In this document: positions 1-7,952 of the stretch, in pieces
Layout of the letters: each line of letters starts with the position of its first letter
Position numbering within the stretch: the first letter of the stretch is position 1
NCBI RefSeq assembly: GCF_025837095.1
Contig: NZ_CP107551.1
Coordinates: 950,352 to 974,351, forward strand
DNA length: 24,000 nt
Source: Rhodococcus sacchari
Lineage (GTDB): Bacteria > Actinomycetota > Actinomycetes > Mycobacteriales > Mycobacteriaceae
Direction of reading: 5' to 3'
Made by a program: the position numbers and the translations under genes
Notes under the pieces: generated by a model
Databases searched by the model: none
What the model was told of the DNA's origin: nothing
The model's input: the letters and a program-made list of their open reading frames with translations, nothing else

Positions 1-835
1 TCATCCGCAGCGACGTGAGCCGGGTGTGCACGAGCGCCGCGTCGAGGGCGTCGACGTCCTCGATCCGCACCTGGATGTCCTTGGACGACACGCTCGTCAG
101 CACCGGCAGGTCGCCGGCGATCTGCGCCGCGAGCATCCGCGGATCGAGCGAGTCCTCCTCGGCGAGGGCCTTGGCGTTGGCCGGGACGAGACCGGCGTTG
201 CGCAGCGGTTCGGGCAGGTCGTCGGAGAGGGTGCCGTCGGCGCGCAGCGACTCCACGGCACCGGTGAGCGCGACGCGCAGTTCGTCGGCGATCTGCAGGG
301 GCAGCTGCCCGGCGGCGACGACGGCGTCGAGCTGAGCGTCGATCTGCGCGGTCAGCAGGTCGAGCAGCCGCACCGCGAGGGGCTCGAGCAGGCCGAGCCC
401 GGCGATCGAGTCGTTGTCCTGGGCCAGCGCGAGCGCGATGAGGGAGCCCTCGCTGTGGCCGATGACGTAGAGACGTTCGGGGTCGACACCGCGCTGGGAG
501 CCGAGGAAGGCCAGACCGTCCGCGGCAGCGTCGATGAAGGTGGAGAAGCCGAGATCGGCGACGTCCTCGACGTCGTAGGGACCGAGACCGGTGGTGCCGC
601 TGCCGAGCTTGTCGTAGCGCAGGCTCGCGAAGCCCTTGCGCTCGAGCACGTCGGTGAGGTGCCGCAGGGTGCCGATGGAACCGGGCAGCAGGGCGCTGTC
701 GCCGTTGCGATCGGTGGGGCCGCTGCCGGCCAGCAGCAGCACGCCGGGCACCGGTCCTCTCATGGAGACGGGCACCCGCACACTGCCGTGCAGGGTGACG
801 TCGCCGCTGGAAAAACTGATCTCGGTGTCCGACAT
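1..835 (-). CDS. alpha/beta-fold hydrolase (N-terminal ~278 codons; C-terminus lies beyond the left window edge)
   Basis: The ORF is open at the window edge, so it is absent from the ORF track. My reverse-complement translation from ATG (835-833) reads MSDTEISFSSGDVTLHGSVRVPVSMRGPVPGVLLLAGSGPTDRNGDS...RLYVIGHSEGSLIALALAQ... GHSEG is a GxSxG nucleophile elbow. There is strong third-position GC bias in this frame. An in-frame alternative ATG lies at 841. Confidence 0.8.
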   Translation of the reverse strand, partial: MSDTEISFSSGDVTLHGSVRVPVSMRGPVPGVLLLAGSGPTDRNGDSALLPGSIGTLRHLTDVLERKGFASLRYDKLGSGTTGLGPYDVEDVADLGFSTFIDAAADGLAFLGSQRGVDPERLYVIGHSEGSLIALALAQDNDSIAGLGLLEPLAVRLLDLLTAQIDAQLDAVVAAGQLPLQIADELRVALTGAVESLRADGTLSDDLPEPLRNAGLVPANAKALAEEDSLDPRMLAAQIAGDLPVLTSVSSKDIQVRIEDVDALDAALVHTRLTSLRM

Positions 836-883
836 GCACATGTGTCTATCAGAAGCCGCCGGGGTGTCCCGCAGCGAGGCGGT

Positions 884-1465
884 TCACGCCGCGCGCGTCG
901 CGCGTGCGCGTCGCACCCGCCGCATCCCCTTGAATCCGAGCCAGCCGAACAGCACCAGCAGCGGCAGCACGAGCAGCGGCACGATCAGGGCGATCAGCGA
1001 GGTGACGAACGAGACGGCGCTCTCGACGATCGACACCACGGGGTTGCCGAAACCGGCGGTGCCCGCGGTGGTCGCCATCCGCGTGCCGGTCTGCGCGGTG
1101 CTCACCGCCAGCGCGGTCGGGGCGCCGATGACGATCCCGGCCAGCGCGGCCATCGCCGGGTCGAGGCTCGCGAACGCCGCCCACGCCGCGATGGCCCCGG
1201 CGACCGGCCGGGTGACCGTGCCGATCATCGACAGGGCGTTGTCGACCAGCGGGATCATGTCGGCGACGAGCTCGGCGACCGTGGCGACCGTGAGCGCGAC
1301 GAGCGCCCCGGTGGAGCCCAGCCACTGCATCGACTCGTTGAGGACGATGCCGAACAGCTCGAAGTGGACCGCGGCGGCGAGGAGCAGCAGCGGAAGGAAG
1401 GTGCGCAGCCCGGTCGCGGCGGCGAGGCCGAGTCCGAGGAAGGCCGCCAGGATCCACGTGTCCAT
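884..1465 (-). CDS. DUF4126-like polytopic membrane protein (193 aa)
   Basis: The ORF track gives 884..1555(-). I trimmed it to ATG 1465 (MDTWILAAFLGLGLAAATGLRTFLPLLLLAAA...) because the 30 upstream codons are Arg/Pro-rich and non-membrane. The product has several hydrophobic helices and an AELVADMIPLVDNA motif that I associate with DUF4126. TACACT (revcomp of 1472-1477) lies 6 nt upstream of the ATG, giving a leaderless-type geometry. Confidence 0.75.
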   Translation of the reverse strand: MDTWILAAFLGLGLAAATGLRTFLPLLLLAAAVHFELFGIVLNESMQWLGSTGALVALTVATVAELVADMIPLVDNALSMIGTVTRPVAGAIAAWAAFASLDPAMAALAGIVIGAPTALAVSTAQTGTRMATTAGTAGFGNPVVSIVESAVSFVTSLIALIVPLLVLPLLVLFGWLGFKGMRRVRRARATRAA

Positions 1466-1539
1466 GCGGCGAGTGTAGGCGGGCGACACTCCTGTTCGGA
1501 GAGATGCCGAAATGCCGGTTCGGTCGTACCTTGGGTGGG

Positions 1540-2925
1540 GTGACGTCACCCACACCGCGCCCCGCCACTCTCGGAGAGCTCCGCGCCTCCGGTCACGTGT
1601 ACCGGTCCGTCAAGGACGAGATCCGCCACAACCTGCTCGCCGCCCTGCGGGACGGCGCCGATCCGTGGCCCGGCATCCTCGGTTTCGAGGACACCGTCGT
1701 CCCGCAGCTCGAACGGGCGCTGATCGCCGGTCACGACGTGGTGCTGCTCGGGGAACGCGGTCAGGGCAAGACCCGCCTGCTGCGCACCCTGCCGTTGCTG
1801 CTCGACGAGTGGACCCCGGTCATCGCCGGTTCCGAGCTCGGCGAGCATCCCTACGAGCCGATCACCCCGGCGTCGATCCGCCGCGCCGCCGAACTCGGCG
1901 ACGACCTGCCGGTCGCGTGGCGGCACCGCAGCGAGCGGTACGCCGAGAAGCTCGCGACCCCCGACACCTCCGTGGCCGACCTCGTCGGCGACGTCGACCC
2001 GGTGAAGGTCGCCGAGGGCCGCAGCCTCGGCGACCCCGAGACCATCCACTTCGGTCTGGTGCCCCGCGCGCACCGCGGCATCGTCGCGGTCAACGAGCTG
2101 CCCGATCTCGCCGAACGCATCCAGGTGGCGCTGCTCAACGTCATGGAGGAACGCGACATCCAGGTGCGCGGCTACACCCTGCGCCTGCCGCTGGACGTGT
2201 TGCTCGTCGCGAGCGCGAACCCCGAGGACTACACCAACCGCGGCCGGATCATCACCCCGCTCAAGGACCGCTTCGGGGCGGAGATCCGCACCCACTACCC
2301 GCCGCGCCTCGAGGACGAGGTCGCCGTCATCGAGCAGGAGGCCACGCTCCACGCCCGCGTCCCCGACTATCTGCTCGAGATCCTCGCCCGTTTCACCCGG
2401 TTGCTGCGCGAATCCACCTCCGTCGACCAGAGATCCGGTGTCTCGGCGCGGTTCGCGGTCGCCGGTGCGGAGACCGTCGCGGCGTCGGCGATGCACCGCG
2501 GCGCGATCCTCGGCGAGGACGATCCGGTCGCCCGGCCCGTCGACCTCGGCATCGTCGTGGAGGTGTTGCGTGGCAAGGTCGAGTTCGAATCCGGCGAGGA
2601 GGGAAGGGAATTCGAGATCCTCGACCATCTCCTGCGGCGCGCCACCGCGGAGACGGCACGGTCGCGGCTCGCGGGCATCGACCTCGCCCCGCTCGTTGCC
2701 GCCGTCGAACAGGGCGATCCGGTGATCACCGGCGAGCGCGTCACCGCCAAGGTGCTGCTCGACGAGCTGCCCGAACTGCCGGTGCTCGACGCCGTCGCCG
2801 ATCGCCTCGGCGCCACCGACACCGGAACCCGCGCCGCGGCCGTAGAACTCGCGCTCGAGGGCCTGTACCTCGCGCGGCGGATCGCCAAGGAGACCGACGC
2901 GGACGGTTCGGCGGTGTACTCCTGA
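1540..2925 (+). CDS. ChlI/BchI (Mg-chelatase)-like AAA+ ATPase (Rv0958-like)
   Basis: The ORF track gives 1504..2925. Walker A is GERGQGKT, the Walker B-like motif is GIVAVNELPDL, sensor-1 is LLVASANPED, and LKDRFG resembles the ChlI LLDRFG arginine finger. I prefer the GTG start at 1540 (VTSPTPRPATLGELRASGH...) because TACCTT (1527-1532) sits 7 nt upstream. The ATG at 1504 has its only purine-rich stretch directly abutting it. The start remains uncertain (1504 versus 1540). Confidence 0.85.
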   Translation: MTSPTPRPATLGELRASGHVYRSVKDEIRHNLLAALRDGADPWPGILGFEDTVVPQLERALIAGHDVVLLGERGQGKTRLLRTLPLLLDEWTPVIAGSELGEHPYEPITPASIRRAAELGDDLPVAWRHRSERYAEKLATPDTSVADLVGDVDPVKVAEGRSLGDPETIHFGLVPRAHRGIVAVNELPDLAERIQVALLNVMEERDIQVRGYTLRLPLDVLLVASANPEDYTNRGRIITPLKDRFGAEIRTHYPPRLEDEVAVIEQEATLHARVPDYLLEILARFTRLLRESTSVDQRSGVSARFAVAGAETVAASAMHRGAILGEDDPVARPVDLGIVVEVLRGKVEFESGEEGREFEILDHLLRRATAETARSRLAGIDLAPLVAAVEQGDPVITGERVTAKVLLDELPELPVLDAVADRLGATDTGTRAAAVELALEGLYLARRIAKETDADGSAVYS

Positions 2926-4859
2926 TGAGCAGGTCGGCCCGTTACGGCCCGTACACCGGGGGTGATCCGCTCGCCCCGCCGGTGGACCTGCGCGACGCGC
3001 TCGCGGCGATCGGCGACGACGTCATGGCCGGGACGTCGCCGCACCGTGCCCTGCAGGAGTTGCTGCGACGCGGCTACGACGGCATGCGCGGCCTCGACAA
3101 GCTCGCCGCCCAGGCCAACCGGCGGCGCCGGGAGCTGCTGAACCGCACCAACCTCGACGGCACCCTCCGCGAGGTCCGCGAGCTGCTCGACCGGGCGGTA
3201 CTCGAGGAACGCAAGGAACTGGCGCGGGCCCTCGACGACGACGCGCGGTTCGCGGAGATGCGCATCGCGGAACTGCCGCCCTCGACGGCCCGGGCCGTCC
3301 TGGAACTCGCCGATTACGACTGGCGCAGCTCCCAGGCCCGGGAGGACTACGAGAAGATCCGCGACCTGCTCGGCCGTGAGATGCTCGACCAGCGTTTCTC
3401 CGGGATGAAACAGGCCCTCGAGAACGCCACCGACGAGGATCGGCAACGCATCTCGGAGATGCTGAACGACCTCAACGACCTGCTCGACAAGCACGCCCGC
3501 GGTGAGGACACCGAGGAGGACTTCGAGCAGTTCATGGCCGAGCACGGCGAGTTCTTCCCGGAGAACCCGCAGAATGTCGAGGAACTGCTCGACTCCCTGG
3601 CCCGCCGCGCCGCCGCCGCACAACGGCTGCGCAACTCGCTCACCCCGGAGCAACGCGACGAACTCGACGCGCTGGCCCAGCAGGCGTTCGGTTCCCCGGA
3701 CCTGATGAACCAGCTCGACCGGCTCGACGGGCACCTGCGCGCTGCCCGGCCGGGGGAGGACTGGAACGGCTCCGAACACGTCCGTGGCGAACAGGGTATG
3801 GGTCTCGGCGAGGCCACCACGGCGCTGCAGGAGATCTCGGAACTCGACCAGCTCGCCGAACAGCTGTCGCAGCAGTACGCGGGGGCGGCGCTCGACGACA
3901 TCGACCTCGACCTGCTCGCCAGGCATCTCGGTCCCGAGGCCGCGGCGGACGCCCGCACCCTCGCCGAACTGGAGAAGGAACTGCAGCGGCAGGGCTTCTT
4001 CGACCGGGGTGCCGACGGACAGTGGCGTCTGTCGCCCAAGGCGATGCGCCGGCTCGGTGAGACCGCGCTGCGCGACGTCATGAACAGCATCTCCGCACGC
4101 ACCGGGCAACGCGAGTCGCGGCGGGCGGGGATGCTGGGGGAGCCGACCGGCGCGTCGAAGGCATGGGAGTTCGGCGACACCGAACCGTGGGACGTCGTGC
4201 GCACCCTCACCAACGCGACACTGCGCAGTCCCGGCCTGCCCGTGCGGATGTCGGTGCAGGACGTCGAGGTGGTCGAGACCGAGCACCGGACCCAGGCGGC
4301 GGTCGCGCTGCTCGTCGACACGTCGTTCTCGATGGTCATGGACGGTCGCTGGGTGCCGATGAAACGCACCGCGCTGGCCCTGAACCACCTGGTGTCCACC
4401 CGTTTCCGCGGGGACGCGCTGCAGCTCATCGCGTTCGGCCGGCACGCCCGGGTGGTCACCGCCCCCGAACTCGCCGGGCTCGACGGAGTGTACGAGCAGG
4501 GGACCAACCTGCACCACGCCCTGATGCTCGCGGGCCGGCATCTTCGGCGGCATCCCAACGCGCAGCCGGTGGTCTTCGTCGTCACCGACGGCGAACCCAC
4601 CGCGCACCTCGAGGCCGACGGCTACGCGGTCTTCGACTACCCGCCGAGCTCACGCACGCTGGGGCTGACCGTGCGGGAACTCGACCACATCACGAACCTC
4701 GGTGCGCAGGTGACCATCTTCCGGCTCGGCAACGACCCCGGACTCGCGCGGGTCGTGGACGCGCTGGCCCGGCGCGCGGGCGGACGGGTCGTCGCACCGG
4801 ATCTCGACGGTCTCGGGGCGGCGGTGGTCGGCGACTACATGCGGGTGCGGCGCCGCTAG
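2925..4859 (+). CDS. von Willebrand factor A (VWA) domain protein with long acidic helical N-terminal region (Rv0959-like)
   Basis: This is the C-terminal 644 codons of ORF 1512..4859. The ATG at 2925 overlaps the ATPase stop (TGATG, 2923-2927). The protein begins MSRSARYGPYTGGDPLAPPVDLRDAL... The C-terminal VWA domain has an intact MIDAS motif (LLVDTSFSM = DxSxS, then VFVVTDGEPT). Confidence 0.9.
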   Translation: MSRSARYGPYTGGDPLAPPVDLRDALAAIGDDVMAGTSPHRALQELLRRGYDGMRGLDKLAAQANRRRRELLNRTNLDGTLREVRELLDRAVLEERKELARALDDDARFAEMRIAELPPSTARAVLELADYDWRSSQAREDYEKIRDLLGREMLDQRFSGMKQALENATDEDRQRISEMLNDLNDLLDKHARGEDTEEDFEQFMAEHGEFFPENPQNVEELLDSLARRAAAAQRLRNSLTPEQRDELDALAQQAFGSPDLMNQLDRLDGHLRAARPGEDWNGSEHVRGEQGMGLGEATTALQEISELDQLAEQLSQQYAGAALDDIDLDLLARHLGPEAAADARTLAELEKELQRQGFFDRGADGQWRLSPKAMRRLGETALRDVMNSISARTGQRESRRAGMLGEPTGASKAWEFGDTEPWDVVRTLTNATLRSPGLPVRMSVQDVEVVETEHRTQAAVALLVDTSFSMVMDGRWVPMKRTALALNHLVSTRFRGDALQLIAFGRHARVVTAPELAGLDGVYEQGTNLHHALMLAGRHLRRHPNAQPVVFVVTDGEPTAHLEADGYAVFDYPPSSRTLGLTVRELDHITNLGAQVTIFRLGNDPGLARVVDALARRAGGRVVAPDLDGLGAAVVGDYMRVRRR

Positions 4860-6040
4860 GCGGATCGGACGGACGGGAAGGCCCGCCAGGTCGACCACGC
4901 CGCGCTGCTCAGCATCGCCGCGGTGACCCAGAACAGCGACGCGACACCCGTGGTGCCCGCGACGGCACCGGCACCCAGGGGCACCGCGACCTGGGCGAGC
5001 CGGTTGCCGGTGAGCCGCACCGCGAGTGCCGACGCCCGGTCCGAGGGCGCCACCAGCTCCACCACCCAGGTCATCGTCAGCGGCTGGCCGGCGCCCCAGA
5101 ACACCCCGCACACCGCGAGCATCGCACCGATGAACCACGGATTCGGCACCAGCGGCACGAGGGCGATCGGAACGACGGTGCCGGCGGTCGCGGCGAACAG
5201 CACCCACTTGCGGGGCAGACGGTGCAACGCCCAGGGCAGCAATGCGCGGGAGACGATCGACGCGACGGTGCGGGCGGTGAGCAGCACCGTCACCAGCAGC
5301 ACGCTGAAACCGAATTCCTCACCCAGCAACGGCAGGTAGGCGACGACCAGGTCCAGCGACGCGAGCACCACCATGCTCGACAGCAAGGCGGGTTTCATAC
5401 CGCGCATGCCGAGCATGGACCGCACCGATTGGGGTGCCTTGTCGCCGGCCTGCCGTCCCGAACCCGGTTCCTGTCGCAGCCCGAGGATCAAAGGCAGCGC
5501 CAGTGCCGCGGCGACGGTCATGGTGAGCAGGGCACCCGTCGTCTCCACGGGGCCGCCGTCCGAACCGGTATGGGCGATGAGACCCGCCACCGGAACGCCG
5601 AGGGCCTGGCCGATCGACACGCCGAGCGTCATGCCTGCGAAGCCGCGGTCGAGTTCGCCGGGACGCGACAGGATCGACACGAACGCCTGCCCCGACACCG
5701 TCGCCAGCAACTGGCCGAGACCGAGGACGACGTTGCCCAGGGCCAGCACGACCAGGCCCGAACTGAACGCGATCAGCGCGCCGCCGAGGGCGGTGACCGC
5801 GATGCCGAGCCGCAGCACGAGGGTGGCGTGCCCGCGGTCGACGGTGCGTCCGAGCCACACCGCGGCGAGGAGGGGCACCAGCGCGTAGAGGGCGGTGATG
5901 ATGCCGATCGTCGTCGCGTCGCCGCCGAGGGCGAGGGTCCGGTAGGACACCAGGACACGGATCGACTGGAAGGCGGCGTGCAGCAGGGCAGTGGACACGC
6001 TCAGGTAGAGCAGCCAGTGCCGCGGGGCGCGGGCCGTCAC
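4856..6040 (-). CDS. MFS transporter (394 aa)
   Basis: ORF track 4856..6040(-). The product has about 12 hydrophobic segments and a typical MFS loop (WLGRTVDRGH). The start is GTG (cac at 6038-6040). Its stop overlaps the VWA stop in the convergent tetranucleotide CTAG (4856-4859). Confidence 0.85.
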   Translation of the reverse strand: MTARAPRHWLLYLSVSTALLHAAFQSIRVLVSYRTLALGGDATTIGIITALYALVPLLAAVWLGRTVDRGHATLVLRLGIAVTALGGALIAFSSGLVVLALGNVVLGLGQLLATVSGQAFVSILSRPGELDRGFAGMTLGVSIGQALGVPVAGLIAHTGSDGGPVETTGALLTMTVAAALALPLILGLRQEPGSGRQAGDKAPQSVRSMLGMRGMKPALLSSMVVLASLDLVVAYLPLLGEEFGFSVLLVTVLLTARTVASIVSRALLPWALHRLPRKWVLFAATAGTVVPIALVPLVPNPWFIGAMLAVCGVFWGAGQPLTMTWVVELVAPSDRASALAVRLTGNRLAQVAVPLGAGAVAGTTGVASLFWVTAAMLSSAAWSTWRAFPSVRSA

Positions 6041-6074
6041 GCCGTGGCGGCAGTGAGGACGATCGTTCGCATGG

Positions 6075-6467
6075 CTACACAGTAGTCACGGCGCGGTCAC
6101 CGACCGGCGCACGGAGCGGCACCTCGAGGATCCCGGTGACGGCGATCATGATGCACATCCGGTCCTGTGCCTCCGGCAGGGTCCCGCCGACGAGCGTCAC
6201 CTCCACCAGTTCGTCGGTCTCGGTGACGGTCGCGTCCACCCCGAAGCACTCGGGGGTGCCCGTCTCGAAGTGCAGCGCGATCCGGTCGTCGGCGACCTGC
6301 GACCACGAGTCGACGGGAAGCGGATGGGGTTCGACGACGTCCGGTCGCGGCTCGAACACCGTCGCACCCTCCGGCACGGGACGCTCGGGAACCGCCAGGA
6401 CGTCGGGTCCGCTCGACCCGCAGGACACGGTCACCAGGCTGCACAGGGCGAGGACGAGCGCACGCAT
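6075..6467 (-). CDS. small secreted lipoprotein, unknown function (130 aa)
   Basis: This is the C-terminal part of ORF 6075..7526(-), starting at ATG 6467-6465. The N-terminus MRALVLALCSLVTVSCGSSGP is a signal peptide followed by a lipobox-like VSC and then a Gly/Ser linker. The upstream part of the long ORF is an alternate frame of the AEC transporter gene. Confidence 0.7.
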   Translation of the reverse strand: MRALVLALCSLVTVSCGSSGPDVLAVPERPVPEGATVFEPRPDVVEPHPLPVDSWSQVADDRIALHFETGTPECFGVDATVTETDELVEVTLVGGTLPEAQDRMCIMIAVTGILEVPLRAPVGDRAVTTV

Positions 6468-6496
6468 GCCCCCACCGTAGGGGCACGGGAGGAGAG

Positions 6497-7423
6497 TCAG
6501 GCGAGCAATCCGGCGATCACACCGATCGCCGGGATCGACGCGAGGGTGGTGACCAGCGCGGAATCGCGGGCGAGCACCATGCCCCGCCCGTACGCGCTGG
6601 CGTAGACGAACACGTTCTGCGCGGTGGGCAGCGCGGCGACCACGACCACGGCGAACAACGCGTGGTCCTCGAGGCCGAACAGGAACCGGCCCATCAGGTA
6701 GGCGAGCACCGGCTGCACGAGGATCTTCAGCACCGACGCGAGCGCGATGTCGCGGCGCGGGCTCGTGCCTTTCTCCAGCACCCGCACACCCTGCAGCGAC
6801 AATCCGAACGCGAGCAGCGCTCCGGGCACCGAGGCCCCACCGAGCAGGCTGAACGGTTCCATGACCGCCTCGGGCGGGGTCCATCCGCTGATCGCGATCG
6901 CCAGACCGGCCGCGGCCGCCACGACGATTGGGTTCTTGAACGGCGCGAGCAGGGTGTCGAGCCGTGACGCCCCCGCCCGCATCGTCGACAGGTCGAGCAT
7001 CGTCAGCGCGATGGGTGAGAGCACGACGATCTGGAACAACAGCAGCGGAGCGACGATGGACGCGTCGCCGAGCACGAACACCGCGATCGGGATGCCGAGG
7101 TTCGCGGAGTTCACGTAGCCCGCGCACAGCGCCCCGATGGTCAGTTCGGGAACCGCGCGGCGCAGCCAGATCCTCGCGACGACGAAGTACAGGATCGCCA
7201 CCGCGAACGCCGTCGCTGCGGCGATGTAGAGGTTCGCGGAGAAGATCACCGACAGGTCGGACGACGCGAGCACGTCGAACAGCAGCGCGGGGGTGGCGAC
7301 GAAGAAGACGAGCCGGCTGAGCACGGTCTGCGCTTCGAGTCCGAGGGTGCCGAGGCGCCCGAGCATGAAGCCGATCGCGATGATCACGAAGATGACAGTG
7401 AAACCCGCGACCACGCCCGACAC
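6497..7423 (-). CDS. AEC (auxin efflux carrier) family transporter (308 aa)
   Basis: ORF track 6497..7423(-), with a GTG start (cac 7421-7423). The protein is hydrophobic throughout and has typical AEC motifs (YVNSANLGIPIAVFVLG, LPTAQNVFVYASAYG). The 29- and 34-nt gaps to the lipoprotein and MFS genes suggest a single minus-strand operon. Confidence 0.85.
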   Translation of the reverse strand: MSGVVAGFTVIFVIIAIGFMLGRLGTLGLEAQTVLSRLVFFVATPALLFDVLASSDLSVIFSANLYIAAATAFAVAILYFVVARIWLRRAVPELTIGALCAGYVNSANLGIPIAVFVLGDASIVAPLLLFQIVVLSPIALTMLDLSTMRAGASRLDTLLAPFKNPIVVAAAAGLAIAISGWTPPEAVMEPFSLLGGASVPGALLAFGLSLQGVRVLEKGTSPRRDIALASVLKILVQPVLAYLMGRFLFGLEDHALFAVVVVAALPTAQNVFVYASAYGRGMVLARDSALVTTLASIPAIGVIAGLLA

Positions 7424-7478
7424 GGTTGCTCAGTCTAAGGATCCCGCGATATCCACCCGGCACCGGACCGGACGAAGA

Positions 7479-7539
7479 GCCGAGACCGGTGTTGTTCTCG
7501 ATTCTCCTGCGGATTCCCGCGAACAACGTCGGTCTCGGC
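7479..7539. repeat. 19-bp inverted repeat (long hairpin) between the rpsR terminator and the AEC transporter start
   Basis: GCCGAGACCGGTGTTGTTC (7479-7497) pairs with GAACAACGTCGGTCTCGGC (7521-7539) across a 23-nt loop. 17 of 19 positions are Watson-Crick pairs. The two central positions are G-T/T-G, so they form G-U wobbles only in a plus-strand RNA. Confidence 0.6.
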
Positions 7540-7552
7540 AGACGTACACACG

Positions 7553-7591
7553 ACGAAGCCGCCCCGGCCGATGCAGGCGGGGCGGCTTCGT
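7553..7591 (-). terminator. stem-loop terminator downstream of rpsR
   Basis: A perfect 14-bp stem forms between ACGAAGCCGCCCCG (7553-7566) and CGGGGCGGCTTCGT (7578-7591), with an 11-nt loop. It lies 12 nt past the rpsR stop. There is no U-tract, which is common for actinobacterial terminators. Confidence 0.7.
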
Positions 7592-7602
7592 GACGCTTCG
7601 TC

Positions 7603-7860
7603 CTACTTGCTGCTGACGTAGGGGAGCAGAGCCATCTCGCGGGCGTTCTTCACCGCAGTGGCGACCTGACGCTGCTGCTGCGGGGTCAGGCCCGTGACGC
7701 GACGGCTGCGGATCTTGCCGCGGTCCGAGATGAAGGTACGGAGGAGGTTCACGTCCTTGTAGTCGACGTGGTCGATCTTCGCCGCGAAGAGCGGGTTCTT
7801 CTTGGGCTTGCGGCCCTCGACGGCACGCGACTTCTTCGACGTTCCTCGCTTGTTTGCCAT
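7603..7860 (-). CDS. rpsR: 30S ribosomal protein S18, cysteine-free (C-minus type) form
   Basis: The protein is [85 protein letters not shown]. It carries the S18 signature IDYKD...GKI..RR.TG...QR....A.K.AR..ALLPY. It contains no Cys residue. A GAGGAG RBS lies 6 nt upstream (revcomp of 7867-7872). Confidence 0.95.
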   Translation of the reverse strand: MANKRGTSKKSRAVEGRKPKKNPLFAAKIDHVDYKDVNLLRTFISDRGKIRSRRVTGLTPQQQRQVATAVKNAREMALLPYVSSK

Positions 7861-7952
7861 ATCTCGCTCCTCACCAGCTCTACCAGCGGACGCCGGGGCT
7901 TCCCTCGCCGGGCGAGCTCACCGTTCGACTACGTCCCGTATCGGTCCATGGT

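Noticed and set aside
1504-1539. ATG at 1504 as the start of the AAA+ ATPase, as given by the ORF track.
   Set aside because: The only purine-rich stretch (GGAGAG) abuts the ATG with no spacing. The added residues (MPKCRFGRTLGG) look unlike a conserved N-terminus. A TACCTT hexamer 7 nt upstream of GTG 1540 fits a leaderless start. This is kept as an alternative and is not excluded.
26-1543. Very long ORFs in the six-frame track. Examples are 26..1543(+), the first 471 codons of 1512..4859(+), 2367..4607(-), 4163..6085(+), 8594..10255(-), 11498..12994(-), 12442..13806(+), 15766..16680(-), 17997..19136(+) and 20159..21742(-).
   Set aside because: These are shadow ORFs typical of high-GC DNA. 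Their products are monotonous Arg/Gly/Ala/Pro/Asp strings without motifs. Each overlaps, in antisense or in another frame, an ORF with clear family signatures and the expected third-position GC bias.
4856-4859. Convergent VWA and MFS genes sharing the tetranucleotide CTAG as overlapping stop codons.
   Set aside because: This is real but trivial. Such end-to-end overlaps are common in compact high-GC genomes. It only implies that no terminator lies between the two genes.
6468-7526. N-terminal 353 codons of ORF 6075..7526(-), which would make a 483-aa protein.
   Set aside because: That part is an alternate frame of the AEC transporter gene (6497..7423) and is Arg/Pro/Gly-rich. Only the last 130 codons, from ATG 6467 with a signal peptide and lipobox, look like a real protein.
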